The position numbers and the translations under genes are program-made. Shown in pieces: positions 1 to 14,394 of a DNA stretch of 64,000 bases (within the stretch, counting starts at the first letter, position 1; every line of letters begins with the position of its first letter). The notes below the pieces were generated by a model. The model did no database searches and was not told where the DNA came from. It worked only from the letters and a program-made list of their open reading frames with translations. The stretch covers positions 12,400,001 to 12,464,000 of the forward strand of contig JBHGNT010000001.1 in the NCBI GenBank assembly GCA_043228905.1, given 5' to 3'. The stretch is from Azolla caroliniana. Lineage: Eukaryota; Plantae; Polypodiophyta.

Positions 1-834
1 TCCTCCTTTGTCTTTCTTTGCCTGAAACTGCACACCTTATTTCTCTCTTAGGGTCATATTGAATCAATATAAAAGTCTATGAACATAATTTTGTTCTTCT
101 CTTTAGTGGAAAAACTATATGACAATTTCCTAAGACAAAGGTTTTTGGCAAGACATTTTTTACGAATCATAATATTTTGTAAGGAATATGTATATTGCCA
201 AAAATGTTAATACTTTTATTGTCTATGAATACAAGTAAATTGATACAACAACTAATGGCACAATGTTTTACAATGTAAATTAAGTGTAGCATCACACATG
301 TAAATGTAATGCTCACATTCATTATCTACAAAGTGGAGGATGTTGCATTAGCCATGAGAATACTTTTGAAGGACAATGGGTGAACACGTCTACACCTTTT
401 AACGCACAATATGCAACATAAGGCATCCAATTTTTGACTTTGACTCCTCTATCATACATGTGCCAATTATAAAAGGAAGGCTAATGAAAATGAGGTATGA
501 AGTATGCTTGATGTTGAGCAAAAATGATTTATATCTATGCTTGGTCAAAAAGGGATTCCCCAACCTTTTAAAAAAGAGCTTTACTCAAACATTTGATATT
601 TTACGTTCTGATTCCTAAATACAACTCTTACAACGAACAGACGATATTGATGTCCTTCCTATGGTTGAAATAGACACATGTGCAATTATGCCTCTCATGT
701 TAGCTTAAGTAGATTCTCCCCTTTATTACGTACACAAAAGCAATCCCATGGTTTAAGAGGCAGGCAATTTTCCAAAGAGAGAGATGATGTTTTCACATTC
801 ATAAGAGATAAGGCAGATAAATAGATCTAAGGTG

Positions 835-1425
835 TGGTTTAATCAATACCGCTAGACAAAAAACTCGATAGAAGACATAGACATTCCAGTTTTCTGGAGA
901 GTTCCACAAGGTTGACTGATATGAGTCCGGATCATTTTAGAAGAAGAAGACAATCTCGGAATCGAGTGAGTGTTCGAATCCTGGCAAACTGCTGACCAAA
1001 CTCAACATGCCTAGAATCAAAAGCCCAATTTTACAATTTATTGACTCATTTGATTATGGTTTAATCAGTACCGCTAGACAAAAAACTCGATAGAAGACAT
1101 AGACATGTATGGGACTGCAAAAAGGGATTGAGAATTCCAGTTTTCTGGAGAGTTCCACAAGGCTAATTGATATGAGTCCAGATCATTTTAGAAGAAGAAA
1201 ACAATCTCAGAATCGAGTGAGTGTCCGAATCTCGGCAAACTACTGACCTAACTCAACATGCCTAGAATCAAAAGCCCAAATTTACAATTTATTGACTCAT
1301 TTGACTCCAGATCATTTTAGAAGAAGAAGAAGAAGACAATCTCGGAATCCAGTGAGTGTCCGAATCCCGGCAAACTCCCAACCAAAGTGAGCATGGCCGG
1401 AATCAGAAGCCCACTTTTATAATTT
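835..1425. repeat. Tandem duplication, ~220-250 bp unit, 2 full copies plus 1 partial, upstream of HVA22-like gene
   Basis: TGGTTTAATCA(A/G)TACCGCTAGACAAAAAA...GAATCAAAAGCCCAA occurs at 835 and 1057. Copy 2 has a ~27 bp insertion. A third partial copy (GATCATTTTAGAAGAAGAAG...) starts at ~1310. Confidence 0.9.
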
Positions 1426-1528
1426 CAGCATAAAAGTATATCCATTTATGTAATGCATATTATTCTTTCGACATATACCCTCCCATTATTTATTTATTTC
1501 GTAGTAGTTCCTGTTCGCCTTTCTCACC

Positions 1529-1589
1529 AAACCCTAATTCCCCATCATACCAAACCCTAATTTCGTTTCTCAGCTTCCCCGAACCCTAA
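1529..1589 (+). promoter_or_regulatory. Telo-box cluster (AAACCCTAA) in HVA22-like promoter/5'UTR
   Basis: AAACCCTAA at 1529 and 1552, and AACCCTAA at 1582, followed by a (GA)n tract 1621-1654 just before the ATG. Confidence 0.55.
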
Positions 1590-1617
1590 TTCTCTGTAGT
1601 AGTGCGAGAGAAAGGGT

Positions 1618-1657
<40 letters not shown>

Positions 1658-1670
1658 GAAGGGAAGGGAA

Positions 1671-3654
<1,984 letters not shown>

Positions 3655-4559
3655 CCAAATAAGGAGGGTTATTATTAACCATGTTTTTGCTTAATGGGTG
3701 TTGGCATCAGCTAAAGAGTCACTACATTGCATTGTAAATGAGCATGAGGGAAATCTTGCTATGGTCAATACTCTTTTTCTGTTTTTATAGTATTGTATGT
3801 GCCTAAATCTGGAGTTAGAAGTTCTTCATTATGTACTTTCTTATTTGTTTTGTATCTTTGGAGGGGAATTCAAATGCATTGTATTCCCTTTGACTCTCCT
3901 TACTCTAGAGAACCCACATATGTGCATATACTAGTTGGTTAGACAAAATCTTAGTGCCAGCCAATTCTCAGTGTTGGAACTTCACACTAGTTTCATACTA
4001 ACTCGTCGCCCTTTGATGTAAAAACCTCTTGTTAACCTTCTTTCTGTCTTAATAAATTATATGATGGTTTTTGTTGAAACGTATGTTTATGGATGTCTGT
4101 GTGTCACCCATCTCAAAACCATGGAAAATTCTATGAGGAAAATTTATTTTGTGGGACAATTTTTCAAAATTATTCTGTAGGGCATGCTTTGTCATACCAG
4201 ACTTTTGTCCTGAGCTCGGATTAGTGATCTGGTGAAGAATTGTCTCTGATGATGAAGTTTCTCTCATCTCTTCTCTTCCCCATTCTCTAATTCTATCTGA
4301 TTAGAGATTATACCATGAGTTAATTAGAAACCTCTACTAAGGGACCCCTGAGGGATACCCCCCCTGGCCCCTCCCCATTGGGAAACCAAAAGTGAAAACA
4401 TTGAAATGGAAAATAGCGGCAAATAATTAGATTCCAGAAACCCTAATTATTTCAGGATTTGCTTTAAGCCTAATCCTTCTGAAAATCAATGTAATGCCTC
4501 CAAACCTTTGGAAAACCCTTATTTTGTGATAATGATAAACCCTGTTGATTCCCACATTC

Positions 4560-5015
4560 ATCTTAGACACTGGATGGTGAATGGCCTCAATATGTTCATT
4601 TTCAGACCATTAAACCCGTACATTTAGTGGCTCGATGATAGAACAGCTGTTAATGGAGCTCATGATAGAACCGTAAAGATTTGGAACCAACAGAGGCTAT
4701 GCTGTGAATACCCTGATATTGCTAATTAGTCATTGTAGTTCCTTAACCTTGTTGTGCTCAGATTGGTCTTTAATTTGATTTAGACGCATGTATGGTACTG
4801 TAAGTTTTAGGGATGTGAAAGGTGGAGAAGTTGATCAAAAAGATTGTGGCACATGGACTAATTACAACCTTGGTTTACATATCGAGGAGTTGTGGGATGT
4901 TTCTTACCAGTGGAAGAGATAATCGGCATAATCTGATCAATGTGTGAATAATAGAAATAATGGCCTATTTTAAAGCCCACAATCATGGGGGTATCGAGCA
5001 CGTGGGGTGTGCACT
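4560..5015 (+). pseudogene. ATG16: Decayed fragment of an ATG16-like WD40 gene
   Basis: Manual translation gives AHDRTVKIWNQQ/RGYAVNTL...SHCSSL...GTVSFRDVKGGE...VAHGLIT...SRSCGMFLTSGRDNRHNLINV*, matching recalled plant ATG16 WD40 repeats (AYDRTIKLWD..KGYC.NT; ILTSGRDNVHN). It has frameshifts and stops and no N-terminus. Confidence 0.7.
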
Positions 5016-5575
5016 ATAATTGGAACAATTAGAAATGAATGAATAGACAGGAATCCTAATTAAATATTTAATGTAGATAAAATGATACATACATAGAGAA
5101 GCTTTAAATCAACCCGGTTTTTGTTGTGCTACCTATGTAACATTAAAGCATGATCATCAGGTAGTTTGGTAGCATTAAACCATGCTCACCTAGTGATGAG
5201 GTGTGCTTGATGACCCAACTTTTAAAGACAGAAAAAGGAAAAGAGAGAAATATTTTCTTGTGTTTTGTATATACAAGATGAAGAGTTTAACATTTTCAAA
5301 ATGGATCACCATCAACAGGAATGAGGGAAATCAACATGGGCAAAGTAAGAAGTTCGAAGAAATAAATATTGTGGCCCCAAAGTTTTGCCATAGCGTGCTA
5401 TTTCAAAATGTCATAAAAGAACTCTAGACCTTGTTTACAAGGAAGACAGGAATAGGGGTATTGTGTAGACATTGAAAATGTTGAAAATGAGGTGAAAAGT
5501 TTGTTAGATGCGCCATTTACATTTGTTCATGTAATGTTTATGTTTGTCGGAGACAGGAAAATAGCAATAGCTATC

Positions 5576-6320
5576 AAAATGATCAAAATTTGGGAACAAA
5601 TAATAGAATGTTGGCTCATAGGAAGGTCATTCGTCTAATTCTTTAAAAGAAAACGAATGTGTTCAAGCTAGGTTGAATAACGAGTACACGATCTCTACAT
5701 AGTCCACAATACCCAAGTTCTTACGAAAGTGAAAGATTATTCATATTACAAATGGCATAGACCCAAAGGGAATTTCATGAAGAAAAGAAGCCATTTAGAG
5801 AAGAAGACTAGCGACAATGAGTACGAGAACAAAATCACATAGAAAATGGGTAGTTGGGAATCTCTTATGTTATGTTTCTAGAATCAGTGGGTGTGGCCAC
5901 AATTAAACAACATGGGAAGAGACTGAAATGTAGCATTAATAACTAAAAATGATCAAAATTTGGGAGAAGCTCCCTAACGATCACAAATAGATATGAGCAA
6001 ATAATAGAATGAAGAAAAAATGAGTGCGTTCAAGGTAGTTTGAATGACAAGTACACGATCTCTATACATATAGCCCACATATACCCAAGTTCTTACGAAA
6101 GTGAGAGATTATTCATATTACGAAAATGACATAGACCCCAAAGGGGATTTCATGAAGAAAAGAAGCCATTTAGAAAAGAAGACTAGCGACATTGAGTATA
6201 AGAACGAGATCTCATAGAAAATGGGTAATTGGGAATCTCTTATGCCATGTTTCTAGAATCAACGGGCATGGCCACAAACAGACAACATGGAAAGAGACAA
6301 AGGTGTCGCATTAATAAATT
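5576..6320. repeat. Tandem duplication of ~370 bp
   Basis: AAAATGATCAAAATTTGGGA...TACCCAAGTTCTTACGAAAGTGA...GGGAATCTCTTATG...AACAACATGG present at ~5576-5945 and ~5946-6320. Confidence 0.88.
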
Positions 6321-6818
6321 GAGACGATAGTTTGGGCAGACAGACTTCATGCACACCTTGAAATCCATACAAGACGGGAATGAGGCAACTTGTTGACAAG
6401 AAAGAAATATTAAGGTATTCTAAGATCAAATTTGGTCCATGAGACAATTGGTATACAATAAAATGGAGTATGCAGATTGATTGACTGATCGATTCAACAA
6501 ACAGGGTGTGTGGGTTCTTCGCGTCCCCTCGGTCTAGTGAAGGAAGGTGTTGAGCATTTCATGAGTCAAGGAGACCAAGGATATATGTATAGATATGGGC
6601 CGAGGAAGACCGGAAAAGAGACCAAACAAGAAGAGGCATATAATGTATGTATGTATATGTATTGGAATTTGGGGCCGAGGAAAAGACCAGAAGAGAAGGA
6701 CCCCCCCCCAATGATAATAAGCATATTATGTATGTACAAGACCTAGAGATATACACATATGTATAAAGAAGAGATGTAGAGAGAGAGAGAGAGGAGAGAG
6801 ACAGAGACAGAGAGAGAG

Positions 6819-6857
<39 letters not shown>

Positions 6858-7042
6858 ATCTCTGTCTGTATCTCTCCCCCATGTATGTATGTATGTATGT
6901 ATTTAAACCGTGCGTGCCCATAGCAAATTGAGAGCGAGAGCGAGAGTAAGTAAGTAAGATAGACAGATAGACAGCATTTGGGGTGCTTTCCATTCTTTCC
7001 TTTCGTTTTCCTCTTCCTCTTCCTCTTCCTTACAGGAGAGGG

Positions 7043-10000
7043 ATGAATTTTGATCATGATGGTATGGAGATTGATCATGATGATTCTGCTTCAGAGCTCA
7101 TCATTCTTGGCTCGGGATGCTCTTCCGGCGTCCCCAGCCCCCGATGCCTCATCTCGCCTCATCGAACCCCTTGCGTCGTCTGCCACAAGGCCATCGTCGC
7201 ACCTCTTGAATCCAACCGTAATTACAGGTATGCCGTGCTCTCTCTCTCTCTCTCTCTCATTCTCTTTCCATGTTCTCGAGTAAAGGTTGTGCGTTGTGAG
7301 AGATAAGATGATAAAATGTGTTTTTGTGATAAGTTTTATGATTGTGAATTATCATGTGCAAGCGCGCGCGCGTGCACATGATAAGTTCATCATTAATTAG
7401 ATCATCACGCATGATCTGTGGTAGTGTGGTATAAGTTTATCATTGAGTGATTGCCATCTACTGCCTGCCAATTACAGGTCAGCAGTATTCAGTTATGACA
7501 TTCAGCCTGTTAGATGTGCATGAATTAAGTGAAAGTATTGGCAGAACAGAATAAAACAGTATGTATAGAACAAGCATGGATAGATCAAAATTACAAAATA
7601 GAATGACAAAACATGTATATAAGCAACTTTTTGTTTTGCTATTTTCCCCTCATTCTGGATTTCTGTGTTGAAATCCTCCAATCATACTCCAAATATTTTT
7701 TTGCAATAGAATTTGACATTAGTTTGGTCATGCATTTACTCTTAAGAGCTTTTTTCTTTGACTTGACTACTATTAGAATCATTCAGAAGTTGTTAATTAT
7801 TGTTTAACATATTCTCTTTTTGCATTAAGACAAGTTTCATTTGAAAAAATTTCCATTTTAGATGTAATACATCTCTTCTTATCAAATTTCGGGATGATGA
7901 TGGCCAACGAAAATTTATTCAGATTGATGTTGGGAAGAACTTCAAAGAGCAAGTGCTACGCTGGTTTATAGCATATCAGATTCCACGTCTGGATGCTGTA
8001 AGATTCCTTACTCTTCATGTGTCAAGAAAGAACTCCTAAATTTCATGTGGTTTGATTTTCCAGGTGAAATCATTGTACTATTACTCATGTTTAGGAAGGT
8101 GAAGTGCTCAAAGAACTCATTGCATTATCATCTCCTTCATTTGTGAAAAGCTAATAAACATTTTCATATGATTGCCCAAATCAGAGTATCTGAAATGAAA
8201 CTATTTCAGCAAAAGCGAAATATTCTGGGCGAAACATGTAGGCACTGCAATTTACTTCGAAAATAGTACACAATTTTTTTCTCTATTTCATGCAAGTTAG
8301 GTTGCTCTTATAAATTCTTCTCATGCTATCCCCCAGACTTCTGAACTTAGAACCCTCATTCAACTTGATGCTCCTTCAATTGTACCCTCTGCTTTCTCTC
8401 CCAACCAAAATGTATGGATTTGGCCAAGATATATGAGAAAAGCAAGCCAAAAATGGAAGGGGTTGGTTTTCCGATTCAGAAAAGCCCTCATTCAAAAATT
8501 CTATACATACAAGATGGAGAAATATTGAATCTACTCGTGTAGCTACTAGAAGCCTTTATAATGCAATAATAGGAGCTATCTGGACTTATGTCAATAACAT
8601 TATTTCTTTCTTTACAATAGATCAGACAATAGCAATGTGTTGTGTGCGCGTAGGTCACGACCATTTGGACCATTCCCTCATCACCCTTATCATTATCACC
8701 CGTTGCCAAAGGGGCTTCCCTTGTTTCATAGATCTCTCCATCTTGGACTGACCCATGTTGGAGATTTTTTGAAGACAAAAATTTCAGTCTACCTAAATCT
8801 AGAATCTTTAGTTCTTAGACATATAGATTCTTCAGTATTATATGTTTTATTGTATCTATTTTTGGTCGGTTGTTCTCAAAGACAAGAAATCATTGTAAGA
8901 TCGAACCTCTTGTTTGGTCTTGTAGGCCATTTTCGCCTCTTAAAAGACATTACTATAGCTTTCTAGCTGCCTCTACATCATTTCAGAATCTTAATCTATC
9001 CAGAGTCTTAAACATAGTTACATTTTCTTATCCAAATTTGAACTACACATAGCAAACACTCACAGAGAAGGGAATTGAGAAGATTCAATCCAATACATTG
9101 GTCGTGCCCAAGATTGGCATTCACATATGTATATCTTTATTAAATATACTTGAAATCAGCAGCTGCAAAGAGATGAGAATCCCCAGACAAACAACTGATT
9201 CTTACTATTACCAAACTATCTGGATACCCGAAGAAACTTTAGCCACTGAAACACAAATGTCTGAAATCTGTGGACAGTTAACCAGAAACAAGTTTCTCTT
9301 GCACAAGAGGGACTGTATTTAGGCTCAAGAGAGCTGGATGCTGATTTTGTGCAGCAAAAACGATTTGCAACAAGTGCTTGTAGGCCCAGTCAAACCCCGT
9401 TATTTAGTTGCTTATTTTTTTTGCAACTGATTAAATATGTAACTAGCATTACTGATAGGTGGAATTGTGCCTAAGAGTGGTGATGATTGTGCTAGTATGA
9501 AGCACATGAATCCAGCATCAATTGTAAAGAATATCTTGATTAGTTGTTAGGAGCACATCTTAGGCTGATAGCCGTGTAATACTATCCGTTAATGCAGTGC
9601 ATTGTGAAAAGTGGAGAAAAATATGATCGCTATGACAACTAATCACATCACTATCTTCCTTAACCCTTGCTAATCTCGCCTATATGATTGGTCATGAGTG
9701 CATCTGATTCATTGCTGTCACTTATTCAATATAGGATCCCATCTGGGAAGGATCTTCATGATCAATACAACTATTGAAAATTAGTCAGTGGCACAAGGTT
9801 GGCAGAATGAGACAAGGTCGAGTTATTTATGATGTGAATAATAAACCTACGAGATTAAATGGTGGGTGTCTATTTGGCAAGGTCTATGGAGTAACCAAGA
9901 CGTGCTTCAGACAGCCTCCACCCAAGTGACAGGATTGTTGCAACTCTCGTTACACATGTATCAAGTCCCCACTGACTTTTGAGAAGCTGACTGCACTTCT

Positions 10001-12868
10001 AATTAAGGAGATCCTAAAGTTGAGAAAGAATCAGATTCAGTCTTTTTGGTGAAGATCCTTGAGAAGCCTTCTCTTGAAAAGGAAGGAATAACTGTGAATA
10101 ACAATTTGAGTATGCACAAGATAATTTTATTATGTGAAGATGTTCTAAGATTTGTTAATGTATGCAACTTCTTTAATGTGTGTAATCATGATTCAATGTC
10201 TGTGTATTAAATGGAAATTAACAACCTTTCAGAACTATGTGCTTATATACAATAATCATAATGTGTAGCCATAGTAATAAAAATAACCAAAAAAACATTG
10301 CCTTACCAATCACAAAAGAGTTATTAAACTCAACATTAGAAGATTTCCAAAATAAAATATACCAAGTTTTGTTCAAGTAATAAGGTAGTCGTTCCAACTA
10401 TAAGCTCACTAATAGGAATTAATTCCTAGTGGATAACTGGTTTGGAGGTCATTTTTCCTCATTTTCTTGCCCCATTTCAACCTCATGATAAATTCAAAAT
10501 TTGTCTTTCTTAACTGCAGGTAATTCTTACACATGAACATGCGGATGCTATATTGGGTCTTGATGATATTAGAGGAGTACAACCAGTTAATGCGTATAAC
10601 CGGATTGAACCAATGCCTGTCTTTCTTACTAAGCACAGCATGACCAGGTTTTATTGAACTATTTCTAAGCATCATTTATAGGATAAGTTTAACTGTATAC
10701 AACAAATAATTTGATGCTCTTCTGAGGCCAGTAAATGTGTTTTCAATCAGCATCAAAGGGAAATTCTCGTACTTGGTGAATAAAGTCATAAAAGAGGGTC
10801 AAGAGATAAGAAGAGTTGCTCAACTTGATTGGAAACTCATTGACCATGAATCTTCATTTCAGGCAGCTGGTCTGACATTCACTCCACTGCCAGTAAGAAT
10901 TTGTTAATGTTACATTGGACTATTACCTATAGAAGGAAAGTTTCACAAATATTCTTAAAATGTAACTGGTGAGAATTTACTTTTATTGTATGGATTTAAA
11001 TTGGTAATAATAAGAAAGAAATACTCATAGCTTATATGCTGAGCAATTAGAAGAGTAATTGTCTTTAGTAGTATTGCATTGTGCAATGACTCTGAGAAGA
11101 TATAATCCATATGTAATGAGCGTAGCTTCTACTTTTCTTTGTTAAAGGTTACAAGCTTACTCCTAACTTTTGTTTTTTCTAATGCTAGGTAAAACATGGT
11201 GAAGATTATACATGTCTTGGATTTCTCTTTGGAAGAAAACAAAAAGTGGCTTATATTTCAGATGTATCACGTTTTCTAGAGACTACAGAATATGGTGAGT
11301 CCTGTCCTCATCATGCAGTTGTTCTATCTCTTTAAAGATTATGCTTGCATCTTATTATGAGCTTGAGATTCATGTAGCTATCTCAAAGGATGGAGCAGGT
11401 CAAGTTGACTTATTGATTCTCGACTCACTTTACAAGGTTTCAATCCATCACTCTAAAATTCTTACATTCAATGGCATTAAATTGCTTTCAATGGTTTAGT
11501 TATTAGTTTCACCTTTTGATTGGAAGAATTATGTTGAATCCGTTGACGAGCTCAAGACTGATTTCAACATTATTGCTGTCACAAAAGCATAGAATATGCA
11601 TAATCCTGGTTATTCTGTAGATGATCCATGTTTCTGATGAACCATCAGAGGTTTGCAATGGTTAACACAAAATTATTTGCACTTAATGAAAGAAAAGGCC
11701 CAGTTAGGTGTTAATATCAAAGCAACCAGAAGAAATCTCTCTGAACTTCCAAAACAACTAAAATCATTTTATATGTTCAAAAACTATATTGTGAGAAGAA
11801 TACACCAAAACCAGGCTGTTTTACCTCTTGGAGTTACAAGGGATACCCCTGATTGGTCCGCGTCCACCATGTGGTGCCAGAGAGAGCTTGGAGGAGATCT
11901 TCATGTGAGTAAATTCCCCACCTTATAAGGATGCTCAGATAGTTGTGGATATTTGGAGATCAGCAATTACGTTTTTGAGTAACCCATGGAAAAATTCGAG
12001 AAAATTCTTGATTAGGCTAAGAGGAGGACTTTACATGAGAAGTTTCAGGCAGGTGGCCAGGTTACAATGCTTGTTGGCTAGACTGCTAGCAGTAATTTAA
12101 CACTTCTTCATTACTAGTGATACTTGAGTATGGTCAGACAATTGTAGAGCTTTGGAGATCAGCAATTCAATTTTTGAGAAGCCCATGGAAAAAGTTCAAG
12201 AAATCTCTGAAGGGCGGGCTAAGAGGAGGTTTTTACATTTCTAGACTGGCAGTACATTTAACATTTCGTTACTTGTGATACATTCTACATGCATCTCTGC
12301 CAGCTCCTATATGAAATTTTAACTGTAATTTATTGTTGATGAACCTCTCATGGATTTATGCTTTATAATGCTTTCAGGTTGGAAAACACAACACACACTT
12401 TTGTTTACCTGAGGTAGAGATCAATATATATTTATTTTGACTTATTTGTATAAAATTGAGCTGTTTCAAAAGCATGTGAAAAGATAATGTTTGTAATCAT
12501 GTTTTATGGTAGACCAAGGTTTCACCATGGATAATGCAGAACCAGGTTGTGATATCTGAAGCATAGTGGTTTGATTTATATTTTGGCAGAGTTTAGCTGC
12601 AGTCAAACGATTGCAGCCAAAAAGAGCATTATTTGTTGGGATGACCCATGAATTTGACCATGACCTTGACAATGAGCACCTTAAAGATTGGTCAAAAAGG
12701 CGAGTTGATTCAAGATATTAGTTTCTTCATTTATGTGAAGACAATGAACATTTAACTAGTGTAGATTTATCTGAAGGGCTAAACCTTTGATGAATTGATG
12801 TGCATTGCAGGGAGGGGCTTGATGTTCAGCTTGCATATGATGGGTTAAGGATTCCTATCAACTTATGA
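7043..12868 (+). CDS. Metallo-beta-lactamase-fold hydrolase (PhnP-like / putative hydrolase C777.06c family), 9 exons
   Basis: Exons 7043-7227, 7862-7997, 10520-10647, 10751-10892, 11189-11294, 11378-11436, 12378-12413, 12590-12699, 12811-12868. Motifs IILGSGCSSGVP, NYRCNTSLLI, IDVGK, LTHEHADAILGLDD, VKHGEDY, AYISDVSR, GMTHE, LAYDG. The last intron needs a GC donor. Confidence 0.92.
11952..12285. repeat. Diverged intronic tandem duplication (~200 bp unit)
   Basis: TTTGGAGATCAGCAATT...CCCATGGAAAAA...GGCTAAGAGGAGG...TTACAT repeated at ~11952 and ~12151. Confidence 0.75.
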
Positions 12869-13664
12869 ATTCACATTCAATGTAATATTTGTTTATTTAA
12901 CCGACCATATAAACATTTTTAACATTACCATATTGAATAAACCTTTGAAAGGATAAAATTATTGTGAGCCTCTACCCAAGGTATGCTAATATGTCATCAT
13001 TTGGCATTTTGGAAGTGGGAAAACCACCATGCACTGTATGATGATTGTCATTATCAAAGTAATTACACACCCAAGATTATGCAAATAACACATTCTCTTT
13101 TCTTTATAAATATTATATTATGTATATTACAATTTACACATGAGCTTCTTCACCTCCTATGTTATTAAGAGGTAATATCCAGTTTTTCTACAATGACAGG
13201 TTAAGAACTGAAAAAAAACTATGTTGATCTAGCCATGAACCGAAGTATCCAATGGACAACAATAACTCAAACCTCACTGTATATTTTTAGTCAAGAGATA
13301 TCTTACCAGTATTTTTCAATCATAGAAGAATTCAAGGAGTTAGTGTGAGGATCCAGTTAAATTATAGGGCATGCAGAGGAAATCCTATGTATGAGTACTG
13401 TCTTCTGTATGGCATTTCCTCTTTTTAGTTTTCAGATATGAGATTAGACAGGTTTGCAATATACATGAATGGCATTTATGAATGACCCAGAATTTAGCAA
13501 GTTTAAATTGACTTCAAATTCCACATCTCCTATATTTTCATGCCTTATCCTACAACAAAATGTCTGGCCTGGCCATGTCTTACCTTGACTTAGTCTGGCT
13601 TATCTGATACTCAACCTCTACCAAACATTCTAGATTTATATGTAAATTAGTACTTTCTTTCTTT

Positions 13665-14050
13665 CCAACTTAAAAAACATTTTCAGATTACGAATAATGC
13701 CTTTTGTTGGCATGCATCAATGATTTGAATGCTTCAATACCTTCCTTTGTAATGGACACAGATTACATGATTCTTCATTATCAAATGATCATTTCCACCA
13801 CAATAGATACGTTTGAATCAATGTTATATAAAGATTTATGGGATATAATATGTTAATTAGAGATTTTTTTTCCCACTTAAAAACTTCTGTACATTTTCAG
13901 ACTACAAATAATGCCTTTTGCTGGAATGCATCAATGATTTGAATAAGTACTTTCCATTGTTTTGGCCACAGATTACAAGATACTTGATTATCAATTGGTC
14001 ATTTCCACCACAATAAGATACATATGAATCATTGTTAAATAAAGAATTAT
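13665..14050. repeat. Diverged tandem duplication (~215 bp) between convergent genes
   Basis: CATTTTCAGA..AC.AATAATGCCTTTTG...ATGCATCAATGATTTGAAT...CATTTCCACCACAATA occurs at ~13678 and ~13892. Confidence 0.8.
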
Positions 14051-14394
14051 AGGAGAATAGGGCGAGCAGGCAAACATGTCACAGTTACAGGAACCCTTTT
14101 TATAACCTTACCTTGCTCCTGAAGGCTCTCATTAATTTTCTGAACCAGGTTCCTGTGTATAATACAACTCATTCACATTTATCGAACAGGTTGTTGCAGC
14201 TGATGCATTGAATAATTGTGTGTCAAACCTTTTCAGCTTATCATCATATATGTTGTATAAACTGCACACTCAAGCCACTTTGATGTGTATCTAACTCACC
14301 AAGCGACCAGTTTTCAGCAAAAGAAAAGCTCACTAAACATTTGGTACACACATAGATAGACTTTATATTTATCTCTATAATTTGCAATGGTGCT

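Noticed and set aside
9700-10030. Possible Copia gag relic in hydrolase intron 2 (PLTFEKLTALL)
   Set aside because: Too degenerate to support without a search.
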